From Harriotta raleighana (lineage: Eukaryota): DNA of 64,000 nucleotides. Made by a program: the position numbers and the translations under genes. Shown one piece after another: positions 12,001-24,000 of the stretch (its first letter is position 1; each line of letters starts with the position of its first letter). The stretch spans positions 4,622,753 to 4,686,752 of the forward strand of contig JBNZDD010013678.1 of NCBI GenBank assembly GCA_050575255.1, written 5' to 3'. The notes below the pieces were generated by a model that searched no databases, was not told where the DNA came from, and saw only the letters and a list, made by a program, of their open reading frames with translations.

Positions 12001-15000
12001 AGGGGACTTTTCCAATGATGTATTACAATATAATTTAAAAATAAAGTCACAATCATAATTTATTCAAATGCAATGATTCAGATCAGCTGGTGATCTCTGG
12101 TAAGAAAATATGCATATATTTCTAGGAAATTCAATGAACCACTTTTAATTTCAGAATAGATTTGGAGTATCAAGATGGCATTTGAATAACGAATATACCA
12201 AACACACTCGACAGCACAAACATGTACCATACATAAATGATAACATCACAATTAATGTATCGGACAAAGGCAAACAAGGTTTGAAAATGAAGCAGAAACT
12301 GTTTCCACCCTCAAAAGGTAAGAACAGGGTGTTGTATCATAAAGAATGAAGGGTGTATAAAACTCTCCGTAGTTTCTACCTTTGGCTGGTGTGACCTCTG
12401 CTCTTTTTGGGACGCCAGCGGGTTTAACCTCTTCAGCCAGTGGCTTCTTAGGCACCTCCGGCACTTCAAAGAATATTATTTAGTGTGATCAGAATTCAGT
12501 CAAGAAAATATATTTTGAAGATGTTTAGAAAGTAACTAAACACAAGAGGCTTTGGTTGGTTATTTTATGGGCATCTGGCACGTACAACATTGAAGCATGA
12601 GATTATATTTAAAACAATTGCTATGTTTTAAAGCTAAAATCACAAGATTAGTCTGGATGAAGAAGGCATCTCATCCCATCCCTCCCTCTCTATAGGCACT
12701 GCATTAAACTGCTTTTGTAAATGAGTAATAAACCTGGCTTCTACCATCTTTTCTGGCAAACCTTTCCAGTCATTGGTTACCCAGTGTGTAAAAAAAAAGT
12801 CCCAATATCTGACCTAAATTGTCCCTTATAACCCTAAATGGATATCCTCTTGTTTTACTGTATTGATACATCCTAAAGCAAAACATTAAATGCATGGTCA
12901 TTTATCCAGTGATCAGTACAGTTAATGAATTGCTGGTTCGATGTAATGCTTGGGATTGATTCAAGGTCAATTGGGAACCAAGTCAAACCAATGGCACTGA
13001 ATTCTGATCAAGATCAGAGAATTAATGGTAAGAACAGATGCCACACAACAGAAAGATAGCATTTGGTTTAATGAATTACCTTTGGTTGGAGGGATCTCTT
13101 GTTTTTGGGGAACAAGAACAGGCTTGACCTCTTCAGCACCTGGCTTCTTAGGAACCTCCGGCACTTCAAAGAATAGTTTAGTTTAAGACCAAAGTAATTC
13201 AAGAAATGTATTCAGCATTCAAGATGACAAAAAACACACATATGACAACAGGGTGACTAGTTCTGTACATCGTATGTTATGATTGGGGGTTGACTGATAA
13301 CAACAACAGCAGTTTGCATTTTTATAGCACCCTTCACCAGGGCAGCATCCCAGAGTGCTTATGATAATAATAATAATACTAATAAAAATAAGTGCTTAAT
13401 AATGGAGACCCAATGCCGAATAATGTAAATAACAAAAATAGTTTGTTACAAATTGGATCATATTATTCACTGTTTTNAATGGAGACCCAATGCCAAATAA
13501 TGCAAATAACAAAAATAGTTTGTTACAAATTGGATCATATTATTCACTGTTTTTGTTTCTAGTTTCCAAACTGAATTGTTTAATAACTGATTCAATAAAG
13601 TAATGAAATGAAATCAGATGATTAAAAATCCATAAAGTAGATATTTACTGAATTCAATAATATTAACTTCTTACAATAAATTTTGTATGAATTCAAATGT
13701 TCAAAAATGACTTATTATGTAAAAGAAATTCAAAGAATTTAAGGAATGCGATGGTGAATAAAATATTAAGGTGCTATTTGGTTATATCATAGAAGCAGAT
13801 ATAACAGCATAAGAGATGTAAGTATGGAAAACAAAGGCACGTATGAGCTCATTACACCTACACAGAGCAATACAAACACAAGGTTAATTGTAGACAAGGT
13901 GATAACATTTGTGTCACATCAAACATCCACAAACTATACACAAAACACAAAATACTGCAGATGCTGGGAATCTGAAAAAAACATAGAAGTTGCTGGGGAA
14001 ACTCAGCAAGTCAGGCAGCATCCATGGAGAAAGGAAAGTGAGCCAACGTTTCGGGTCCGAAGGGTCGTGGACCCGAAACGTTGACTCACTTTCCTTTCTC
14101 CATGGATGCTGCCTGACTTGCTGAGTTTTCCCAGCAACTTCTGTGTTTTTATCCACAAACCATGTCTGATTCAGACTAAAGAGAGAAACACAAAGAGAAA
14201 AAATCAGCATTATGACACTGATGTAAAAGCCATCGAGTTGTACCTTTTGCTGCAGGAGTTTCTTTTCTTTCAACAGTGACTGGTTTAACTTCTTCAACAA
14301 CTGGCTTCTTGGGAACCTCTGGCACTTTAAAGAACATCATTGTTTTAAAACCAGACACATTTCAGAAAAGCATACATCAGTGGTTGATTTGTCATTTAAG
14401 ATATTGTTAAGAAAGATATTGCTATCTTCCATGAGTTAGAATTTGAGCACCTTGGGATGTCATCCTGATGTGAAAGGTGTTATACAAATGTAATTTTTTA
14501 TTGTTGTTTCAAGGCTGAACTGTAATAATAATACTAATTCTTGCATTTCATATAATGCTTTTCACGTCTTGTCGACGTCTCAAAGTGCTTCACAGAATAT
14601 ACTGTAAAGTGAATTGGCGGTATATTTCTGGGAAAAACGCGGCAGCCAATTGCACACAGCAGTGTCCCACAAACAGTCGTGGATTGAAATGACCAATTAT
14701 TATTATTATTTTTTTAATGGATTATTATTAGGCATGTGGAGTAAGGAAACTTGCCCAAGGTTTCACCCCTGATCTGCCTGGATTCGAAACACAGGTCTCA
14801 CTCTTGTAAGGTGACTGCTCTAACCACTGAGCTAGAGGAGCTGTAACCTATTACCAGTGTTTAGTGTTATCAAGAACTAGATCACCTACAAAGTGATAAC
14901 TATGTTGCATTTAGTTCAGATTCTGATTGCATTGCAAAAATAACCAAATAATTTATTTGCATTTACATTTAATGATTTATGGATAAATGACAAGGTTTTT

Positions 15001-18000
15001 AATTCATTTATAGTCTCAACACCAGTTACGAAGAATGAGTTAGCAGAAATGCAAACATTTATATTGAGTATGAAATAGAGGTTTGTTGGTGGATTTATGA
15101 ATCCTTTCATTTGCCTCCTTACCCCTCAAATCAAGCACTGATGTACTTAACATCAAAGACAACATCAAATTAAAATGACGTGACTCACACATATGAAATA
15201 CAATGGGAGGTGATATTGTAAAGTTTTTAAACTGGTTCAAACATTTTAATGGTTAAATCAAAAAGTGACTCAAAATGTCAGATGCTCTGCAACGCAAATA
15301 TGGTAAATCAACTCCAATCTATTTATACTGTTAATATTAAACAGCATTAATAATTATTATTAATAGTTATTGTTATATAATTATTATATAATTATTATTG
15401 ATTATAATTAAACTGTTAGAGCACCTGTAATTACAGTAAGTGACTCCACCAGAATATGGATTTCCACCACAACATAACAGAATGAAAGACAACATTTAGA
15501 GACAAATAAACATACATTAAAACGCATGACACAGCTATTTGTATCAGAAGAAACAACCAGGAGCAAGATTAGAGATTATGAAATAGCTATAAAGAGAAGA
15601 GGCCTATCTTTCATTCCGATGAAATGAAGATGGGATTAAATGTAGAAGATTAAATGTTGCATGAAATCTTGCTTTATATTTTGTACCTTCTACTGGGGCA
15701 ACCACCTCTTTTCTTGTAACTTTAACAGGTTTAGGTTCTTCAACAATTGGCTTCTTGGGAACCTCTGGCACTTAAAGTAACATATTCTTTTTTAAGATTG
15801 GATTCATTGAAGAAAACATATAGAACTGAACACTGTATGTTCAACAAGATAATGCGCATGACAGACATGTCCCCTTGGAACACTTTCAAAATGACTACAT
15901 ATGTACAAGTGGCAACTTGAAGAACTTACCAAAGGGGGAATGTGTTTGCAATGATACAACAGTAATCTTCATTAAATAAAATATATTTAAAAATTTCGGC
16001 AGAGAAATTGTTTTCGCTGATTAGTGTCTTTCATGGTTTTTCAGCTAACATGATTAGAATTGTAAACGTTGATTCAAAATAAATTCAGAATGTACTGCAG
16101 GTATTTTTTATATAGATATTGGAATCAATGTCTATAAAATACCTAGACTCCAATCTAATTGATGTGTTACAAAAATATAACAATGTATGTATCTGCTGTA
16201 GTAACTAACATACATAATCTATACTTGTACAATGCATGAACAGGGACCGCAAGACTGAAACAAGACTGACACAGAACACAGGTTCGTGAACAGTAGAATA
16301 AGCAGAACAGACAAGCTCCTGGTTTGAATTGGGAAGTTAATGTGAAGACTAGTTATTGTTTCACTTCAAGTGCGAAAGCATCATAATGATAGACTCATCA
16401 TAAATGTGTACCTTTTTTCTTTGGAATAATTCCAGGCTCTGGTTTCTTTGGCGGCTCTGGCACTTTAAAGATATATATGTATTAGAAACTTATTTAATCC
16501 AACAGGAAATCACACTATACAAAGCACATACACACTCACACACACATACACTAAAGCACACCTTCCTTAGAAGCAGTGAGTAAATCAAAAATGCTTTCCT
16601 CTAAAAGCATTTTGTGGACACGTCACAAAGACGATTTCTTCCACATGCAAAAAGTATCGCTGAATTACAATGGTTACCAGAAATGTTTCTGTATAGCTAA
16701 CGTAAGATATTCATGATGATAAGATTTGCTAGCGACCAGTGTAAAATGTTAAATTCATAAGACTGAAGACTACATGATTTATATAGTGTCACAGAATGCA
16801 GTTAGCACGTAACCAAAAATGTATTCCAAGAATCAGCAAAGGAAAACTACCAGTAAGAATGTACAGTAGTTTGCATTGAATAATGTGTTGATTTCTGTAC
16901 CTTTCGCAGCTGCAACTTCTTTCTTGGTTGGAACTGGTTTCACTCCTTCAGGTACTGGTTTCCGAGGAGTCTCTGGGACTTTAAATAAGACAGTTTCATA
17001 TTTTTATGGAGAAATCGACAAATGCACTGAGAACATTTTAGCATGACAATGCAAACAGACCACCAATGGATGGATTATGCGTTATTCAACAACAAGCATT
17101 CATATAGCAGTCTTTACGTGGGGTAGCGTCTCGCATCATACAACGAGATAATGTAGCAATATTATTTNCTTGCATTCATATAGCAGTCTTTATGTGGGGT
17201 AGCGTCTCGCATCATACAACGAGATAATGTAGCAATATTATTTTAAGAGACGGATTTGAACACGAGAAACATTTTTAAAGGACGGACAACAGCAACAGCA
17301 TATTTATTAAGAACAATATTTATCTAAAAATATATTCAGATACAGTTGTCATTTTAATACCTGTTATTGCAACAAACTCTTCTTCTCTTGAAATGCCTAT
17401 ATGTTCTTCAACAAATCGTTCCTCATGCAATTCTGACACTGCAAAGAGCATTTTAAGTTTTAAATTTCAAGTCAAGCTTCTCATTGTCAATCAAAAATGA
17501 AAGCAGCCCATTGAATGAAAAAGACTTCTGGTTCAAGCAACACTGACTATTATTTAAATAATAACATCCTATACATTGCCACAGCAGGATAGAAAATTGG
17601 TATTCCCAAGAATAAGATGAATTAACGGGACAACCCAGTTCTTTTAGGCTAAGGATAAGATCAAAGGGCTATTGGGACACTTGCTTTTGAAATGTTATCT
17701 TTTATTATTTGGCTGTCCAAAGCGATCTTTCCCCACTCAAAAAAACCTCTGACCCCAAAAATGTACAAATTATGTTTGATCTAATAACTGTGGGACTGTG
17801 AGGGTTTTTTAGTGTTGAGTATTCGTTTTTTCAATATACAGTCATTGATAAAACAAACACACACAATAAGCAAGCATTACATTTGTTCCCAAAGGCAGAC
17901 AAAAACAGAAGGCAAGGCCAGTACAATACAATTAACAGTTACTACCAGAGAAATATAATGAAGCCAATGATATGACAATAAAAGCCCTTTTATCCGGCAC

Positions 18001-21000
18001 CCTCGGGACCTGGCCAATGTTGATTAAAAGGCTTGCTGAATATCCGACGGTGAAAACCCAACACAAAAAAAATTAACTTATTTTTAAACATACTATAGTA
18101 ATAATAGACTAAATAATAACAGAATATTGTATGTATACTTACCAATAAAGCAATAAATATCGATTACAGTCTATAAACACAGCACACAATCACAAAGCAA
18201 ACTTCTACAACGGCGGACGGTTGTGGCTTAAAGTGGTTCTGTCGGTTTTTCTTTTTATCTTTCTCTCCCTCCTTGCCCCTCTCTCTCTTTCATACATACA
18301 CACTCAGTCAGTCTGGCATTTCCATGGGTCCAAACCCAACCCCCCTCCACTTCTCTCATTTTCCATCTAAAATAATCAACTCACCCCCCCAACTCTCTCT
18401 CCCCTCCTTTCCCCCACCTCTCTCTCCCCCTCCCACTCCTCTCTCTTTCTCCTCCCACTCTTTCCCTCGCTTTCCCCTCCGCCCTCTCTCCCTGCCTCAC
18501 TCTCCTTCTCGCACACCACCCCCCCAATAAAACAGTATATAAATCCATGATACAGTCAGGCTACACAGGCAATACATAGTATCCGTCAGAGAGAGAGGGA
18601 GGGAGGGAAAGGAAGGAAGGAAGGGAGGGAGGGAAGGAGGGAGGGAGGGAGGAAGGAAGGAAGGAAGGAAGGAAAAAAAACAAAAGAAAGAAAAGGGAAG
18701 NCGAGGGAGGGAGGGAAAGGAAGGAAGGAAGGAAGGAAGGAAGGGAGGGAGGGAGGGAGGGAGGGAGGAAGGAAGGAAGGAAGGAAAAAAAACAAAAGAA
18801 AGAAAAGGGAAGAGATAGAAAGAGAGAGGCAGAGATAGAGAGGAAAGAAGGAGAGGGAGAGAGAGAAAGAAAAAGAGGGAGAGAGAGAAAAAGAAGGAGG
18901 GAGAGGAAAAACCGACAGTGCCGCTTTAAGAGGAAACACCGGAAGTGCCACTATCAACAACATTCAGAACTAATTGTACTGTACTCTCGAGCGACAATCG
19001 ACTCATTAAATGCGCTACCGTGAATGTGCCGGAGAAGAACCGGTTATTCAAATGGAGACCTTATTTTTGAGGTGCCAGTTATACAGAAGTTACGGTTGAT
19101 CGGGTCGCGGATAAACAGGCTTTTACTGTATTAACAGAGAGAAGCAAACTGCAAGCACATTATACCTCTTTGTGTCATGATCTCCTCTGTAATAGGAACT
19201 TTATCTGCAGCAATTTTTTCTGGTAGTTTTCCTGTCCTGCTTCTAATTTGAGACGCTGTAAAGATATTATCATTATTAATTAATGAAGATGCCACATATT
19301 GACAGAAGACACACAAATTTTTAACAGTGTATATCAGAAACACAGTATTCTCAATTTACCCAAAGTATGTCTAAAAGCCGAACAGGGAAACAAAAACATT
19401 GTTAAATGAATACAGTTTGGTGGAGCTGATATTTTATGCTGATTTTAAAATAATTCCATTGTGTTTCCAGAATTGGCAATCGATAATATCCCAATGAAAC
19501 CAGAATACAATTACTATTTGAAGGTATAAAGCATAAGGATACAGGGAATAAAAGTAACTCTAGTCTGGTTATTGCAATCAGTTCTACCAGAATAGCAAAG
19601 TAAAACTAACAGGTTAAAATGTAAAAGCTCTGTATGAAATCCTCAATGGCAAAACATTGAAGAATATGTTGCATACAAATGAATTGATTATGATCAAAGT
19701 TTCTTCAACAACAGACTTCCAATAACATAGACAAATGCAGAAAGACCCAAGTTTGTGTAACACTAGGGTAAAGAAAAAGATACTGAACTAAATAATTAAA
19801 TAATGATTTAAACAAGCAACTGTATATTACATTTAAAGAAAGGACTGCGTTATGGACAATAAGAATTTGACTTGTCAGAGGTAAAAAAAAAAGCAAAGTT
19901 GCCTTGCCATCTGTACCTTTGGTTGCCCAAATTTCTTCTTCAACAATAGCATAGGCAGTCGGTTCAGACACGGGCTTCTTGGGAGCTTTAGTAATGTTAA
20001 AGAATAATGTTTAAGTTAACGCATTGTTATTTCAGTAAGAAAGCAGTGAGAACGTATCCTTGCAGCAAATATACCACGGTCCAAAAAGCATTGAGATGCA
20101 ATACACACAATATTTACAAAGCAGCTTGAATTTATATAGCACCCTTCACACAAGGTGGCATCGCGAAGCGCATTTAGAAATGTATCAAAATTGTGAATGA
20201 AGCCTGCTGAAATAGGGTATGTTTTCTATTCAATGGCAAAGGGGGAGGCTTGTGGAGGGGAACAATTATGCTTTGGTTCGATCCTATCACTGCCTGAATA
20301 CTTTCTAAACAGGAGCCACCAGAGCATAATCAGATGTGGGAACCCTAGCTATTGCCTACCCTCTTCCTCGAACAGAGGAATGGTGTTAACTATTTCCATG
20401 GCTAAACTCAGCACTGACCACAGATCCGACCGACAGATACTCCTAGTACTGTATATATAGACTAATGGCACAATGCATGGTCCGCCTGCTAACTAGACCA
20501 TTTGGGAAACTGGTGAAAATGTAATTGCTTCAATTGTTTGGAGAGTGATTACTGATACCCCTTCGTTCACTTGTTTTTTTTCATGTTTAACACATCTCAA
20601 ACGTGATTGACCAGCAAAATTTGTACCTTTGATTTCTATGATCTCCTCTTCTTGTGTTGTTTCATAGAAAAACTCTTCATGTGTCTCTTCATATATCTCT
20701 TCATGATATGTTGTAACTATTGAAATATTCATATGTTATTAGTTTAAGTGCACGAACAGATTTTATTTCATTCAAGGAAATAAACCAAGCATTACAAGCA
20801 AGAAAAAAGTATGTATTTTTTGCAAGAAACATATTGTGTTCCACCAATTATATTATTATGTAAATATTACATTATAATGAATGAGAATGATGAAGAATAT
20901 TATGATATTTTTAGCACAGTAGATTTTGTTTTGTTAAGATACACTATTTAATCAAATATTTATTAAAATATTTATTGAGGTTGGGTACATCTCATGGAAT

Positions 21001-24000
21001 ACTGCATTTTTAAACTTAGCTCTGGAGTTTAGTAAAAACAGAAGCACAAAGTAACGTACCTTCCTCTTTTATGCGTTTTTGTTCNTGCTATATCTCATGG
21101 AATACTGCATTTTTAAACTTAGCTCTGGAGTTTAGTAAAACAGAAGCACAAAGTAACGTACCTTCCTCTTTTATGCGTTTTTGTTCTACTGTGAAATAGG
21201 GACGAACACAAAAGTATAAATAGCAAATTAAGATAGAGCTTCCAATTTATATAATCCAAAATAAATGATCCCCAAGATATCTCAGATACTCATCTGACAA
21301 ATTATATAAATCAATGAATTAATTCACCACATCAATTTAAAAATATTCTGACTAATAAACAGTAATTACAGTACTGAAAATTGTGAATTTGTTTGACCCC
21401 AAACTATTTTAGCAAAAAATAATTTTACAGAATCTTCAACACAGAGCTTAAGAGTCTTTACCTTGTACTGTTTCAACTGGAATTCCAATATCAGGAACAT
21501 CTGCAGAATACAAAAGAAGCCATAATTATTTCATGTCAACTAATCCTGAACAATCCAGAGATAGAATATAATTATAGAAAGATCAGGCTGCAGTCTTCTA
21601 GCAGTTTATTGCATATAATAAAGTGATCAAGTTGATATCATTACTATGAGGACCAATTTCATAGCAGTTCTTAATTATTATTTAAATCCCAAGGCTATGG
21701 GAACTGCATTACTGACATGTGAACTGAAGCAATGGGACCATATTTCTCAGGCAGATAAAAGGCAGAATCAATCGGAGTTGATCATTCTCATAATGCCAAA
21801 TGACCCACATGTTGAGGGAAATGTTGTTGTCAGACACTATTCTTTTAATTTCCAACCACATTGGGAGTATTGAGAGATGTGAAACAATTATTTCTTTAAA
21901 CTTACTGGGTTCCTCTGAGACGCTCTGGATTCAAATTTATACTCTCTGTCTACTCCCGACTGAACAATCTCTCCAGAATTTCTTCAGAAACCTTTCGATT
22001 TGTTTCCAGGTAAAGTCCGAATGGAAGTGCTTTCCTCTGGGATAATGATCACGCCGGCATATGCTTCTGAGCATTTCACCACACTGCTTGACTCTCTGAG
22101 TGTGTCTCAACATCCTGTTATGCTATGCTATGAATTTTTCTCCATCTTAAAAATTGGATGGCATTTTTCCGTTCAAAAAGCAAAATTGAGAGGAATCCAC
22201 TGGGCCTGAACATAGTTCAGTTAATTCCCCAGCGTTCCCCTCCCTCTGTAAAATGTTGATTATCAAATTGATCCAAGGACTGACTGCATCCTCAATGCTT
22301 CTTTATGTGCCTCTGAAACCCTCCCCACCACTTTTTCTAAACATAGTATGGATGGCCCTCTGATTCGCAATTCCCTTGGCTCAGGTCGTTAGCTGAAGTC
22401 ATAGAATCCTAGAGCACAAAAGGAGGCCATTTGATCCATTATTCCTTTAGTGTTTGGAAATAACCCTTATAATAAAGGAACTTGTGTAAAACATTAGCAA
22501 ATTTTTTTTCTCCACTAATTTTCTCCCCCCTCTCTCACCTCAATTCTCATTTCAATCGTAGTTTGTGGGACGCTGCTGTGTGCAATTGGCTGTCGCGTTT
22601 CGCCCACAAATATGCAGTCAATTCACGTTACAGTATATTCTGTGAAGCGCTTTGAGACGTCTAAAAGACGTGAAAAGCGCTATATCACATGCAAGGATTA
22701 TTATTATTTTCATTATTATGTACCCCTTGAATTGCTCCATGTGCAAAAATGCATTCTACATATAGCAAAACGAGCAGCATAAAAAAATACTAACAATGTT
22801 CAATTAATTAGAGCCCTTTTCAGATTCTACACTCTCTACTAACAAATTTCAAAGCTAAATTTTGGAGAGATGCACTGCATGAATTAGAGAGTTGGTAATC
22901 CCACTTAAATCACAGCATTATGTGATTGGTATCAGCATGTTGCAAGATAATACAGTGGATTACCTAATTATTCACTGTTTCATTCACATGAATGGAAACA
23001 TGAATTTTCACTCACACAGTCTGGTTTCTGCTGCTAAAGGTCAAATGCTTAACATTGTTATTTATTGGATTGCGCAAACCCCAAAAATACATAGTGGTGT
23101 TGTTTAAAATTTTGCTTTGAGAAGCAATTGTGAGAAAATGCTTGCTGACTTTCTGATATATTATGTAGAAACATATTCTAACACCGTGGGGTTAAAAATT
23201 CAGTTGTGGGTCATGAGGAAATCCCTTTGGTGGCGAGGATAATCATAATACTAATATAATAATAATCCTTGCATTTGAAACAGTGCTTTTCATATCTTCG
23301 AGATGTCCTAAAGCGCTTCACAGAATATACTGTAAAGTGAATTGACAGTATATTTGTGGGCGGAACGCGGCAGCCAACAACGGTGTCCTACTAACAGTCA
23401 TGGATTGAGTGAGCACATTGTTATTGATTTTTTTTTGAGGGATTATTATAAGGTCTGTGGAGTAGGGAAACTTGTATTTTTAGTTCAGAATAATTAATAT
23501 TTTTTCCCTACTGGGAATCTAAACCGGGTCTAACCACCGAGCTTCAGGACTCCAGGATCGTAATAGTTGTACAAAATGCTCAAAAGAATGTTCGTCCTAA
23601 AGTTTTACTACCCCTAAACAAAACTCTGTGGCCTGAACTTTTTGTTGCAGTATTAAAGTATTTTGAACAGGGGGCAATAGGCTCTTAAAGCTACCACTTA
23701 ACGCTATACTCACCAGGTTCCATTGGCTGCAAGACGACATCTATAATTAATAGATTTTAATGTTAGTGAAAACCAATAGAAGGAAACGTTCATTAAAGCA
23801 TTTTCAAATTATAATTAAGAGGTTCATTCATTCCACACATACCCACCTTTGCTCGATACATAGAGCTCTGCAGTACTTTTAGCCTCACCTCTTGGCTCAA
23901 GTTGAGCAATTACTGAATAGACACCTGAAAAATAAAATATTATAATTTCTTTTATACTAAAACGCTTTTGTTTTAGGAGCAGACAATTAATTTTTGCTGC

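Noticed and set aside
13824-14300. ORFs on both strands with the repeated peptide QQVRQHPWRKESE
   Set aside because: They result from translating the palindromic element and are not a gene.
14770-14841. tRNA gene (also ~7830-7900 and ~52613)
   Set aside because: A/B boxes are present but fused to SINE bodies, with no convincing cloverleaf.
1-16978. CRISPR-like or other prokaryotic repeat system suggested by the recurring ...TTAGGAACCTCTGGCACTTTAAAG... motif
   Set aside because: The repeats are spliced PEVK exons spaced hundreds of bases apart, and there are no cas genes or prokaryotic features.
20988-21190. Apparent second copy of the VEQKRIKEE micro-exon at ~21060-21084
   Set aside because: It is truncated at the N (21085), has no acceptor and duplicates the flanking sequence, so it is an assembly artefact.
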